A DNA stretch of 64,000 nt from Dehalococcoidia bacterium (GTDB taxonomy: Bacteria; Chloroflexota; Dehalococcoidia; GIF9; UBA5629). The notes beneath the pieces were generated by a model, which was not told where the DNA came from, searched no databases, and saw only the letters and a list, made by a program, of their open reading frames with translations. The stretch is from positions 64,207 to 128,206 of the forward strand of contig JBEKIW010000001.1 of the NCBI GenBank assembly GCA_050011565.1. Reading direction: 5' to 3'. The translations under genes and the position numbers were made by a program. Below are positions 41,814 to 51,607 of the stretch, piece after piece (the stretch's first letter is position 1; every line of letters begins with the position of its first letter).

Positions 41814-44246
41814 ATGAAACCTGAAAGATTTACTGAACAGGCCAGGGAGGTACTGGCCGCTTCGCAGGGCATTGCCAGTCGTTATCACCATGTCCAGTGG
41901 GACGTGGAGCATATCTTACTGGCCTTGCTGGAGCAGAAGGATGGTTTGACCTCGCAGATATTGGATAAGCTGGGTGCCAATGTGGAGGCAATTAAGGCGC
42001 GAGTTGAAGATAGTCTGGCGCGTGCTCCCAAAGCGACGAATGAGTCGGCGCAAATTTATGTCACTCCCAGGATCGCCGGGCTTATGGATAGTGTGGCGCA
42101 TGAGGCCGACCGGCTTAAGGATGATTTCATCAGCACCGAGCACCTGCTGATTGCTATTGCCGGGGACGACAGAGGGGAGTCAGCAGCAATTTTGAAAGAG
42201 TTCGGCATTGACCGCGAGAAAATTTACCGGGCGCTTCAAGATATTAGAGGTGGTCATCGTGTGGACAGTCCCACCGCTGAGAGCAAGTATCGCTCTCTGG
42301 AGAAGTATGGCCGTGACCTTACCGAGTTAGCCCGCCAGGGCAAGCTCGATCCGGTTATTGGTCGCGACGAGGAGATAAAGCGGGTAATGCAGATATTGAC
42401 CCGGCGCACCAAGAATAACCCGGTTATTATCGGTGAGGCCGGCGTCGGTAAAACGGCCATTGCCGAAGGTTTAGCCCAGAAGATTGCCGTCGGTGACGTA
42501 CCCGATTCCCTTAAAAATAAGAGGGTCATCGGTCTTGATATGGGAGCGCTGGTTGCCGGCAGTAAGTTCCGTGGGGAATTTGAGGAAAGGCTGAAGGCGG
42601 TTATGGATGAGGTCCGCCAGGCCAGCGGTGAGATTATCCTATTTATTGACGAGCTGCATACTGTAGTTGGTGCCGGAGCTGCCGAAGGGGCTATCGATGC
42701 CAGCAACATGTTGAAGCCGGCTCTGGCTCGCGGCGAGCTCCAATGCGTCGGTGCCACTACACTCGACGAGTATCGACAGCATATCGAGAAGGATAAGGCG
42801 CTGGAACGAAGGCTGCAGCCGCTGTTTATTAACGAACCCAGTGTCGAGGCGACGGTTGAAATGCTGCGCGGGCTGCGCCCCAGGTATGAAGCTCATCATA
42901 AGATAAAGATTGATGATTCTGCACTGGTGGCTGCTGCCAAACTCAGCCAACGTTATATCTCGGACAGGTTTTTACCGGACAAGGCAATTGACCTTATCGA
43001 TGAGGCAGCAAGCAAGCTGCGTATAGACATGGAAAGCAAGCCGCCGGATATCAAAGAGCTGGACACGAAGATAAAAAATCTGTTGGATGAGGAAGACTCA
43101 GCCTCTCAGAGAGGCGATTATCAAAAAGCAGCCGAGCTAAAGTCAGAAAGGATAAAGCTTGAGCTCGAGCGTGATGGGAAAGAGGCCGAGTGGCGAACGG
43201 AGAAAAAAATCGACAGCGTTGTTGATGAAGAGACTATAGCCGAGCTGGTTTCCAAGTGGACAGGTGTTCCCGTGTCCCGGATGCTGGAAGGTGAGGCTGA
43301 AAAGTTAATGCACATGGAAGATAGGCTGCATGACAGGATTGTGAATCAGGAAGCGGCAGTTTCAGTCATCTCTGAGGCTATACGGCGGGGGCGAGCCGGG
43401 CTTAAAGACCCTAAGAGGCCCATAGGCAGCTTAATGTTCCTGGGACCCACCGGTGTCGGCAAGACGGAACTGGCCAAGGCTCTGACCCAATTCCTTTTCG
43501 ATGACGAAGATGCCATGATACGGATAGACATGTCAGAATTTATGGAGAAGCATACCGTATCGCGGCTAATAGGTGCACCGCCGGGATACGTGGGTTATGA
43601 GGAAGCAGGGCAACTGACTGAAGCCGTGCGGAGGCGCCCGTTTCGAGTGATTCTTTTTGATGAGGTTGAGAAGGCGCATCCTGACGTTCTTAAAATTCTG
43701 CTGCAGATACTGGAGGATGGTAGGCTGACTGACGGCCATGGCAGAACGGTCGACTTTAAAAATACCGTGGTGATAATGACCAGCAATCTGGGCACTGAGA
43801 TGTTCAAGCGCCAGGCTATCGGCTTCTCTCGCCAGGAGGGAGATGAGCAGCAGAAGCTGAAAAGTGATATAGAAAAGGAGCTCAAGCAAGCCTTTCGGCC
43901 CGAGTTCTTGAACAGGATAGACGATACCATAATTTTCCAGCCGCTTACTGAAGAGCACCTGAAGAAGATTGTTGACTTATTAATCCTGGAGGTGCAGAAG
44001 CGGCTAGCTGATAGGAATATCAAACTTGACCTGGACGATGAAGCTAGAGCCTGGCTGTTAAAAGAGGGCTATGAGCCGGCGTACGGAGCGCGTCCGCTGC
44101 GTCGGGCAATCCAGCGCTATGTTGAGAACCCTCTATCGAGCAAAATACTACAGGGTGAAATAAAAGACGGAGAGACGGCGGTTGTTGGCGTCAGTGGTGA
44201 TGTGTTAAGCTTTAGCACCAAGAAAAAGGTCAAGGCAGCTAAGTAG
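41814..44246 (+). CDS. clpC: AAA+ Clp ATPase, ClpC-type (two NBDs, short M domain, IGF loop)
   Basis: 810 aa. Double Clp-N, Walker A GEAGVGKT and GPTGVGKT, short UVR-like linker, AIGFS ClpP-docking tripeptide. Confidence 0.88.
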   Translation: MKPERFTEQAREVLAASQGIASRYHHVQWDVEHILLALLEQKDGLTSQILDKLGANVEAIKARVEDSLARAPKATNESAQIYVTPRIAGLMDSVAHEADRLKDDFISTEHLLIAIAGDDRGESAAILKEFGIDREKIYRALQDIRGGHRVDSPTAESKYRSLEKYGRDLTELARQGKLDPVIGRDEEIKRVMQILTRRTKNNPVIIGEAGVGKTAIAEGLAQKIAVGDVPDSLKNKRVIGLDMGALVAGSKFRGEFEERLKAVMDEVRQASGEIILFIDELHTVVGAGAAEGAIDASNMLKPALARGELQCVGATTLDEYRQHIEKDKALERRLQPLFINEPSVEATVEMLRGLRPRYEAHHKIKIDDSALVAAAKLSQRYISDRFLPDKAIDLIDEAASKLRIDMESKPPDIKELDTKIKNLLDEEDSASQRGDYQKAAELKSERIKLELERDGKEAEWRTEKKIDSVVDEETIAELVSKWTGVPVSRMLEGEAEKLMHMEDRLHDRIVNQEAAVSVISEAIRRGRAGLKDPKRPIGSLMFLGPTGVGKTELAKALTQFLFDDEDAMIRIDMSEFMEKHTVSRLIGAPPGYVGYEEAGQLTEAVRRRPFRVILFDEVEKAHPDVLKILLQILEDGRLTDGHGRTVDFKNTVVIMTSNLGTEMFKRQAIGFSRQEGDEQQKLKSDIEKELKQAFRPEFLNRIDDTIIFQPLTEEHLKKIVDLLILEVQKRLADRNIKLDLDDEARAWLLKEGYEPAYGARPLRRAIQRYVENPLSSKILQGEIKDGETAVVGVSGDVLSFSTKKKVKAAK

Positions 44247-44270
44247 AAGTAGACGGAAAACACATCACTA

Positions 44271-44912
44271 ATGGATGCTATAACCGCAAAGAAAGAAGCT
44301 AAGCCTCGGGTATCCATAAGAGATATAACATTTGGTGTCCTGTCTTTACTGGTCACCATTGCTCTTTGTGTTGTCGCCATCTGCTACAAAGATTACCTGC
44401 TGGGCATGGCGGCCTTAGCCACCTATGGCCTTTTAGGTATGCTCATAATTGCCTTCCTCGGCGGAAGTTTATTGAGCATGCTGGCCATACCGGTTCCATA
44501 TTGGCTGTTAGTCTTCACGTTACCACCTATCCTGGCCGCTAAATACGGGATAGGTGCACCTATAGTGGTAGGTTTAATCTCAGGATTGGGGGCCAGTCTG
44601 GGGCAGCTACTCACTTTCACAATTGGTTGTGGCAGCAGGGACCTATCTCAGAAACTAGCCTACAGGGTAAATAGGAACTTTTATGATAGAGCTATGAGCC
44701 TGGCACAGAAGCACGGTTCGCTGGCCGTCTTCCTTATGTCAGCCATCATAAATCCTTTTCATCTGCCGATGACCTTTGCCATGGCGTCGCTCCGCTATCC
44801 CAGTTGGAAATTCTTCCTTTTCTCTTTAATGGGTAACATAGTGAAAAGCTCATTTATAGCTTTTTGTGGCTATTTTGGCTTAACTTCGCTTTTCCGGTTT
44901 CTGGGAATCTAG
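44271..44912 (+). CDS. VTT-domain (DedA/TVP38-like) membrane protein
   Basis: Multi-TM with GxxxG-rich core; paralogous to 46363..46947. Confidence 0.6.
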   Translation: MDAITAKKEAKPRVSIRDITFGVLSLLVTIALCVVAICYKDYLLGMAALATYGLLGMLIIAFLGGSLLSMLAIPVPYWLLVFTLPPILAAKYGIGAPIVVGLISGLGASLGQLLTFTIGCGSRDLSQKLAYRVNRNFYDRAMSLAQKHGSLAVFLMSAIINPFHLPMTFAMASLRYPSWKFFLFSLMGNIVKSSFIAFCGYFGLTSLFRFLGI

Positions 44913-44931
44913 AAGGGACTATAATTGCAAA

Positions 44932-45510
44932 GTGTTTATCTTCTTTTTCTGCATGGTCGGAATATCGGTGGGTGTAGTAGTCTGGCAATTAGTCGTCTGG
45001 TCCGGTGAGATTTCGCAAAAGAACAAGAGATATAAAGCTGCGGTTTCATGCTCCCGCAAACTTGGCAAGCCACTGCTGGTAGCCGGTGGGCCCTGGAGTA
45101 ACACCGGAATCCGTCGATGGCTAAATATGCCGGCACACGGTGGTGGTGACGTTTGTCTCGACATAGCGCGCCGGGCATTCGAAGGACATCCTCGCGGGTT
45201 AATTGCCGATGTTACCCAGATTCCGTTCTTCGATAAGGCATTTGGGGCCGTTTTTGCCAGTCATTTGCTGGAACACCTGCCGTCGATTTCTTCTGCAAAT
45301 AGAGCTCTGGATGAGCTTAATAGAGTGGCAGAGGCGGTGTTTCTCGTTTATCCTTCAAGGCAATCTGTAGGGGCATGGCTTCATAGCGGGCATCACCTGT
45401 GGGTTTGGCAGAAGGGCAACACAATCTATATAAAGCAGAGGACCAATTCAAAGGGTGAGAAGAGCGCCAGGTATCTCATTGTTGATGCTTTCAGTGGAGT
45501 GCCTCATTGA
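44932..45510 (+). CDS. membrane-anchored methyltransferase-like protein (Methyltransf_11-like C-terminus, degenerate motif I)
   Basis: N-terminal TM. DVCLDIARRA...ADVTQIPFFDKAFGAVFASHLLEHL resembles class I MTase motifs post-I/II/III. No canonical GxGxG. Confidence 0.4.
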   Translation: MFIFFFCMVGISVGVVVWQLVVWSGEISQKNKRYKAAVSCSRKLGKPLLVAGGPWSNTGIRRWLNMPAHGGGDVCLDIARRAFEGHPRGLIADVTQIPFFDKAFGAVFASHLLEHLPSISSANRALDELNRVAEAVFLVYPSRQSVGAWLHSGHHLWVWQKGNTIYIKQRTNSKGEKSARYLIVDAFSGVPH

Positions 45511-46331
45511 TTAAACTTCCCTTAAAGACTGGGAGTATCAATAGAGCACCGGACATTGCGGTTGCAGACATGAATTTACGGGAAGATGCCTATCGTCTGG
45601 CTCGGGAAATTATTAAGAGTGAGGAAGCGGCTGATAAGTTAGCCGGGCAAATTACAGATGTCTGTACTAGAGCCCAGGGCAAAGGCTTACTTATTGTTCA
45701 TAATCCTGGCGGTTGGGGGCATGCCCGCCTGGACCAATGCCTGGAGTGGGAAAGGGGGATAGTGGTCGGGGTAAAAGCCGCTGTACAAGAAATGGGACAC
45801 AGTTTCTTTATGACCCAGTATTTCCGCAGTGGCGAGGGATGGCAGGAAGAGATGCGGGACTTGAAAGAACAGTTCCGCTTTTTTGAATCCAAGGCGAATA
45901 TAATGGCAGCCTGGTTGCGATTCATCATTACACATGTCGATGGTATCAAGGTCATCTTAATAGGGGTAAGTCAGGGGGCGGCCTTCGGCAACTCGGTTCT
46001 GCAGCGACTGGGCGAGTATTACCCGGTATATAGCATTGAATTGGGCTTTCCTTTCCAGTATAAATCCCGGCGGGTAATTACCGAGAGGACATTAGCGATC
46101 GAGGGTAACGGGGTCAAGCCTGACGTGCTGGTACAAGGGAATATATGGGTTGGGGCTAGAATTCTTATGGCAGCTCCTTTCAAATGGATGTGGTATCGTC
46201 TTAGAGGTAAAACGGTGGCGTTCGCACACTGTGTCACTGCCCCCGGTCACGAATACGATTGGAGCAATCCTGAGATTCAGCGGCGAATTCGGGATTTACT
46301 CGAGGCTAATTTCGGCTCTAAAGATAGGTGA
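45507..46331 (+). CDS. alpha/beta-hydrolase-like protein (GVSQG nucleophile elbow)
   Basis: LLIVHNPGGWG oxyanion-like segment, GVSQG, downstream Asp/His candidates. Confidence 0.45.
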   Translation: MIKLPLKTGSINRAPDIAVADMNLREDAYRLAREIIKSEEAADKLAGQITDVCTRAQGKGLLIVHNPGGWGHARLDQCLEWERGIVVGVKAAVQEMGHSFFMTQYFRSGEGWQEEMRDLKEQFRFFESKANIMAAWLRFIITHVDGIKVILIGVSQGAAFGNSVLQRLGEYYPVYSIELGFPFQYKSRRVITERTLAIEGNGVKPDVLVQGNIWVGARILMAAPFKWMWYRLRGKTVAFAHCVTAPGHEYDWSNPEIQRRIRDLLEANFGSKDR

Positions 46332-46362
46332 TATAACCGGCCCAACAGGAAAGTATTCGAAG

Positions 46363-46947
46363 GTGACGATTTCAGAAAAGGCACGCTCAAGAAGACGAGA
46401 ATATATTATAGGCGGTCTGGCGTTAGCACTAACCGTTGCCCTTTGCGTTGCTGTCGTTTTATACTGGGATTATATCAGGCAGGCTGAACATTATGGTTAC
46501 CTTGGCGCTTTTGTTATCAGCGTTCTGGCCGGCGCTACGGTTTTAGTGCCCATACCCGGTATTTTAGTCGTCTTTACTTTAGGCAGCGTGTTAAACCCGG
46601 CTCTGGTTGGGATAGTGTCTGGCCTGGGGGAAGCAGTCGGCAGCATTGGCATTTACATAAGCGGTTGGGGTGGGCAGAAAGCGGTACAAAACCTTAATCA
46701 TAGATTCGTTAACAGGTTTGTCGACTGGATACGTCATCGAGGTGAGATTGCTGTCTTTTTAATGTCGGCTATACTCAATCCATTCTTTTATCCATTTACA
46801 GCCATTGCCGGCATGTTGCGTTTTGGACTGGTAAAATTCTTCTTCTTGTGCTGGGGAGGCAAAACCATAAAAAATACGGCAATTGCCTATCTTGGTTATT
46901 TCGGGTTACGTAATATATTGCGCTGGGTAGGCGTGGCAGGAATCTAA
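46363..46947 (+). CDS. VTT-domain (DedA/TVP38-like) membrane protein, second copy
   Basis: Aligns along its length to 44271..44912. In-frame GTG just after the upstream stop is preferred over the track start 46150, which overlaps the hydrolase gene. Confidence 0.55.
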   Translation: MTISEKARSRRREYIIGGLALALTVALCVAVVLYWDYIRQAEHYGYLGAFVISVLAGATVLVPIPGILVVFTLGSVLNPALVGIVSGLGEAVGSIGIYISGWGGQKAVQNLNHRFVNRFVDWIRHRGEIAVFLMSAILNPFFYPFTAIAGMLRFGLVKFFFLCWGGKTIKNTAIAYLGYFGLRNILRWVGVAGI

Positions 46948-46954
46948 TTAATCT

Positions 46955-47296
46955 ATGCCTAGATCTAAATCTGGACCTAAACCAAAAGCTGAACTTGAAC
47001 TCAGGCCCAAGCCTAAGCTTAGCCGCAAGCGTAGACCAAAAACTGAGTTTGAACTCCTACCGAAGCCTAAGCTTAGCCGCAAGCGTAGACCCAAGCCGAG
47101 AAGCTGGCGGGTAGCGCTTCTCCTGTCTCTTTTCCTTGGGCCATTCGGGGCGGACCGTTTTTACATCGGAAGAACTCGCTCGGCGGTTCTTAAGCTCGTT
47201 ACCTTAAGCTGCTTTGGTGTCTGGTGGCTGACTGACTTTGTACTTATCGCCGGTGATTGGCGGCGGGATGCCTGGGGCCGGCGGCTGAAGCATTAA
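46955..47296 (+). CDS. TM2-domain protein with N-terminal PKPK tandem repeat
   Basis: LGPFGADRFYIG...WWLTDFVLIA is a TM2 domain. N-terminal 17-aa tandem repeat encoded by a 51-bp DNA repeat. Confidence 0.7.
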   Translation: MPRSKSGPKPKAELELRPKPKLSRKRRPKTEFELLPKPKLSRKRRPKPRSWRVALLLSLFLGPFGADRFYIGRTRSAVLKLVTLSCFGVWWLTDFVLIAGDWRRDAWGRRLKH

Positions 47297-47340
47297 CGCC
47301 GTTTGAGTTTCAGCGAGCTTTTTGCTAGACTTTTCGGCGT

Positions 47341-47416
47341 GGGGCTGTAGCTCAATCGGGAGAGCGTTTGACTGGCAGTCAAAAGGTAGTGGGTTCGAAT
47401 CCCATCAGCTCCACCA
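47341..47416 (+). tRNA. tRNA-Ala (anticodon GGC), CCA encoded, G3:U70 identity pair
   Basis: Manual cloverleaf: acceptor GGGGCTG/CAGCTCC, D arm GCTC-AATCGGGA-GAGC, anticodon stem TTTGA/TCAAA with loop CTGGCAG, T arm GTGGG-TTCGAAT-CCCAT. Confidence 0.85.
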
Positions 47417-48399
47417 ATAACCCTTCTGAAGCTAACATCAATTCAAATCACCTTTCGACTAGCCAAGATTCTTACACGCAATTAGATATCCCATTACACC
47501 GTTTGATTGAAGGATTTCTGTTATCCTGTAAGGTAGAAAACAAATCTCCAGCAACTATATCCTTCTATAAAAATATCCTGGATAAGTTCCAATGGTTCTT
47601 AACCAAATTCGGGATTAATACTATCGACGCCACAACGATAAGAAGCTTTCTCGGATACCTTAAGGATACAGCCAGTAGATGGGATAGTAACAACACACGT
47701 GCAAATAGGCCGGTATCGCCAACAACGGTTAAGAGCTATTACATTGGTCTATCTGCATTATTTACCTGGGCTATGGAAGAAGAGTTGATACAGGTTAATC
47801 CGATGGCGAATGTAAAGAAACCTAAGCTACCTAATAAAATAGTTAAAGGTTTAGAATCTGAAATCATAATAACATTGCTAAACGCATTTAGTGGTCGAAG
47901 CTTTAATGATCTGCGTAATAAGGCTATGCTTTTAATGTTTCTGGATACTGGCTTAAGGTTATCTGAACTTGCAGGTCTGACTTTATCTGATATCAATATT
48001 GAGAAAGGCATCATCAAAATCATTGGTAAAGGCAATAAAGAAAGATACGCTAGAATAGGAGTCAAGACACAGAAAGCATTATGGAATTATTTAGCTCATA
48101 GACCAGTAGAAAAGGAGTATGTATGGTTGGGAAAAGGCTATTGTAAAATGACAGTAGATGGCATTGCTCTGGTTATTCGAAACTTGGGTAAGAGATTAGG
48201 GATTAGATTATCACCGCATAGGTTGAGACATAGTTTTGCTATTAGCTTCTTAAGAAATGGAGCTAATCCATTCGAGTTACAGATAGCGTTAGGGCATACC
48301 ACATTGGAAATGACCAGGAGATACACTCAAGCATTAGGATTTGACGATGTGTTTAAGAGACATGTGTTGGCTAGTCCGGTGGATAGATTGATGCATTAG
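47368..48399 (+). CDS. tyrosine recombinase / phage-type integrase (intact copy). True start is downstream of the tRNA and uncertain
   Basis: Core-binding and catalytic domains (HRLRHSFAISFLRNGANPFELQIALGHTTLEMTRRYTQ). Track ORF start lies inside the tRNA, so the start is probably non-ATG near 47490. Confidence 0.85.
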   Translation: MTGSQKVVGSNPISSTNNPSEANINSNHLSTSQDSYTQLDIPLHRLIEGFLLSCKVENKSPATISFYKNILDKFQWFLTKFGINTIDATTIRSFLGYLKDTASRWDSNNTRANRPVSPTTVKSYYIGLSALFTWAMEEELIQVNPMANVKKPKLPNKIVKGLESEIIITLLNAFSGRSFNDLRNKAMLLMFLDTGLRLSELAGLTLSDINIEKGIIKIIGKGNKERYARIGVKTQKALWNYLAHRPVEKEYVWLGKGYCKMTVDGIALVIRNLGKRLGIRLSPHRLRHSFAISFLRNGANPFELQIALGHTTLEMTRRYTQALGFDDVFKRHVLASPVDRLMH

Positions 48400-48547
48400 G
48401 GTACGAGGCGGTGGAGAGTAATAGGAAGTGTGGGCTGGTGGATATACTAAAATGAATTTTGTTTAATGTCTAAAGATGGCTTTCGCTGGGGGACCTTGAA
48501 CCTCATATTAACAGACTATGCGGCAATCGATGCCCTGGAATTAAGTT

Positions 48548-48703
48548 ACCTCGCCTGAAAGTGCCCTGCGCAATGTCTTATTTCCACATTTTGGACAAGG
48601 GGCTTCTTTCACTAGTTTCCCCTTAGGAACAGCAACTTTGCCTTTAAAATCACAGTTCCCGCAAACGACTGCTTCTTGATAAGTTTCATCGCTCACTTCT
48701 CTA
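48548..48703 (-). CDS. small zinc-ribbon protein (~51 aa, CGNC...CPKC)
   Basis: Manual translation (GTG)SDETYQEAVVCGNCDFKGKVAVPKGKLVKEAPCPKCGNKTLRRALSGEVT, preceded by aggagatag. Below track cutoff. Confidence 0.35.
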
Positions 48704-48893
48704 TCTCCTTGCCTTGGTCATAAATATTATATCATACTGATAATATCATTCCAGTGTCGATCGCTTTGTTAGCCCGAATGTATTACTCTAGATGAGTGCC
48801 AATTCAAAACCCAGATTTTTACCACCCGTATTGCACAATAGAAACGTTCTAGATCTTCATGACTTCTTGGCTATCCCCAGGCCTCCGATTCAG

Positions 48894-49364
48894 CTATCTA
48901 TTATTTGAGGTTCCCTTAAGGAATTTTCTGAATATGATGAAGGGACTTGCGAAAACAATAGTGTATATAATCGCTGGAATCCACCAATATCCATTAGCTG
49001 CAAAACAACTTAAGATTATTCCTGTAATAAATAGCAAAAGTCCGACTATAAAAACTATACAGGCAATGATTTTATTGCCTTCTTCAAACCACAAGAAACC
49101 TTCGAATATAAAAATAAGTGAAAAACTTGATATTTGTAATGCTGGCGTCTGTTTAATTTCTGATTTCGTGGCAAGGAATATCAAAGCAACCGCAATAATA
49201 ATGGTTCCATACATTAGAACAACTCTACTAAACAGTCTTCTCGTATTCCACCATTTGCGGGATTGGAATAAAAAAATAATACCAATACCTATTATGGGTA
49301 GTTTAGGAGCAATAAGTGTTAGCCCGTTTATAAATAGTGTTAGCCCGTTTATCAACTCTGCCAT
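48894..49364 (-). CDS. AT-rich multi-TM membrane protein of unknown function (island cargo)
   Basis: 156 aa, four hydrophobic segments. Preferred over the overlapping plus-strand ORF 48859..49404. Confidence 0.45.
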   Translation of the reverse strand: MAELINGLTLFINGLTLIAPKLPIIGIGIIFLFQSRKWWNTRRLFSRVVLMYGTIIIAVALIFLATKSEIKQTPALQISSFSLIFIFEGFLWFEEGNKIIACIVFIVGLLLFITGIILSCFAANGYWWIPAIIYTIVFASPFIIFRKFLKGTSNNR

Positions 49365-49493
49365 TTCTGTTACCTCTATATTTGAGGCTATCCCAAATTG
49401 TTAAGTATGTCCCGTTTATTTCATTTTGAATGTATTTGTCTATAGTTAACCTTGGTTAAGTAATTACATATATATAGTTCAGGTCAGGATGAC

Positions 49494-49610
49494 CAGCGAT
49501 TACTTGGACATACAACATTGGAAATGACTAGGAGATATACACAAGCATTAGGTTTTGATGACGTGTTTAAGAGGCATGTGGTAGCGAGTCCCGTGGATAG
49601 GTTGTTGTAG
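49494..49610 (+). pseudogene. integrase 3'-terminal remnant (last ~38 codons)
   Basis: ...LGHTTLEMTRRYTQALGFDDVFKRHVVASPVDRLL* is near-identical to the C-terminus of the intact integrase. Confidence 0.7.
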
Positions 49611-49793
49611 GACTGGTTTTCGGGGGCAGGTCACCTACTTCTTGTCTCCTTTGCTCTTCCCCTTTTGCGCGTCGGCATACTTATTTTTATGCTCGTTCTT
49701 GGGATGCTTTTTCTTATTACGCTTACTCATCGTCTTACTCCTCTATCCAGAAAAATACGATAGGTCACTCATTCCGTCATTTATTATATCACT

Positions 49794-50210
49794 ATGGCTG
49801 ATATTGACATTAAAAGAGGAATCATTAAGACAGTAGGTAAAGGCAATAAAGAAAGATACGCTAGAATAGGCGTAAAGACACAGAAAGCCTTATGGAATTA
49901 TCTAGCACATAGACCAGTAGAAAAGGAGTATGTATGGTTGGGAAAAGGCTATGGTAAAATGACCAAGGATGGCATAGCTCTAATGGTACGGAATCTCGGT
50001 AAGAGATTGGGTATGAAGTTATCACCACACAAATTGAGACATAGCTTTGCTATTAGCTTCTTAAGAAACGGAGCTAATCCGTTTGAGTTACAGATAGCAT
50101 TAGGGCATACTACACTGGAAATGACCAGGAGATATACTCAGGCATTAGGGTTTGATGATGTGTTTAAAAGACATATAATAGCATCACCGGTGGATAGACT
50201 GGTTAAATAG
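49794..50210 (+). pseudogene. 5'-truncated integrase (catalytic C-terminal half only)
   Basis: 138 aa aligning to residues ~205-343 of the intact integrase; N-terminal core-binding domain absent. Confidence 0.75.
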
Positions 50211-50327
50211 CTTTGATAGTCCCTAGTGTAGAATGCTCTAGGGACTATCGACTCACACATTTGTTTTTAGGCTACAGATTAAGTTAAAACGTGTGGTTAA
50301 AAAAGCCTTAAGTTGAAATTCTTGTTG

Positions 50328-50513
50328 TTAGACGGTCTTATCTTCAATTGCGGCTGAAGGTGCATCCTTCTTGACGGATTCTATCCCGTTTTTTGCATTC
50401 TCCTTGGTCGTGTATCCTTCACCCGAATTCGCAATCATTTGTCCATTGGATGCAATTAGTCTCCATCGAATTTCACCTTTTTTGTCTTTGAACAATTCAA
50501 ATTTCGCTGTCAT
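50328..50513 (-). CDS. DUF1508 (YegP-like) domain protein
   Basis: ELFKDKKGEIRWRL...GEGYTTKENAKNGIESVK pattern typical of YegP/DUF1508. Confidence 0.6.
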   Translation of the reverse strand: MTAKFELFKDKKGEIRWRLIASNGQMIANSGEGYTTKENAKNGIESVKKDAPSAAIEDKTV

Positions 50514-51216
50514 GACATTTACCTCCTATCTTTATTATTAAAGAGATACTAGCAGAGTCAGGTAGTGGGTCAATTTGAATCTGAAAAATTCTAACTCAAA
50601 TTGTGCGATGCTACACTGGCTCAATAAAGTAACTTCAAAGTGCCTTTATGAAATCAGTTGCGATAAAATCCAGAACGCTAATCCTAGGGCTATTAGGTTT
50701 ACCTTATTCCAAATGTTAATAGTTGCTATGATGAAACAGACTAGCCCAAGTATCAGTAGGATTGTTGTTATCATAATTTCTCCTTTTTCTGCGATTCAAT
50801 GTCAAGACTCTTCCTTAACCCACGGGTCTTCAACTATTAAGTGAATACTAGCAGAGTGAACATGTAGAAGTAATATAATCGAGGCACGATATGTTAAATA
50901 GTTATGATATTTATAGCGTCATCGGCGGATTGATTGATGAAATGACAGGACGGAGGTAATTCCAATGGGCCTATTTGTGCACCAAATGCAAGAATCTTGG
51001 TGTTAGGATACTGGTACGCTCAAATGGATGAGAAGGGAAAAGTGTTGTTTAATACACCTTATAATAAAGGGGTAATAGCGTTACGATGGAAAGGGTATAA
51101 CTAGCGGTGGCAGGAATTGGAACATCTCAGCCAGTGGGGAGATATCATAAATTGAATACACCGCTGACATACCTGCTATAATGCTAATTTAAGCGAATTT
51201 AATACGGAGGTCAGAC

Positions 51217-51563
51217 ATGGGAAGCAAAGGAAGAAAGAACGAGAAAAAGCCTAAGAAGCAAGTAAAAGCGAAGTCAGCAGCGAAGACACCGGATAAGACA
51301 GAACGAAAGAAGAGATAATAGTCCCGCTAGAAGGCAGGATTAGCGATATCGGCGATATAGAGCGTGTAAACATCAAACCAGGCTTGCGGGTTTCAATCGT
51401 AATAAAGGCAGATCAACGATCCGGAAAACTAACCGAAGGGATAGTCAAAGATATTTTGACACGCTCTCCGGTTCATCCGCATGGCATCAAGGTTCGCTTA
51501 GAAAACGGTCAAGTTGGGCGAGTCAAAGAGATAAAAGCTAAAGGTCTTTCTCCGCCGAGCTAG
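51217..51563 (+). pseudogene. lysine-rich peptide (33 aa) followed out of frame by a YwbE/DUF2196-like domain; possible frameshifted fusion
   Basis: MGSKGRKNEKKPKKQVKAKSAAKTPDKTERKKR* in one frame. RVNIKPGLRVSIVIKADQRSGKLTEGIVKDILTRSPVHPHGIKVRLENGQVGRVKEI in the +1 frame without its own start. Confidence 0.4.
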
Positions 51564-51607
51564 CTATGTGACGTGTCCATAATAAGTGTACCATTTTTCG
51601 TTGGCCC

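Noticed and set aside
48859-49404. Plus-strand 181-aa ORF overlapping the minus-strand membrane ORF 48894..49364
   Set aside because: The minus-strand frame gives coherent TM helices. The plus frame is compositionally incoherent. Only one can be real, and neither is certain.
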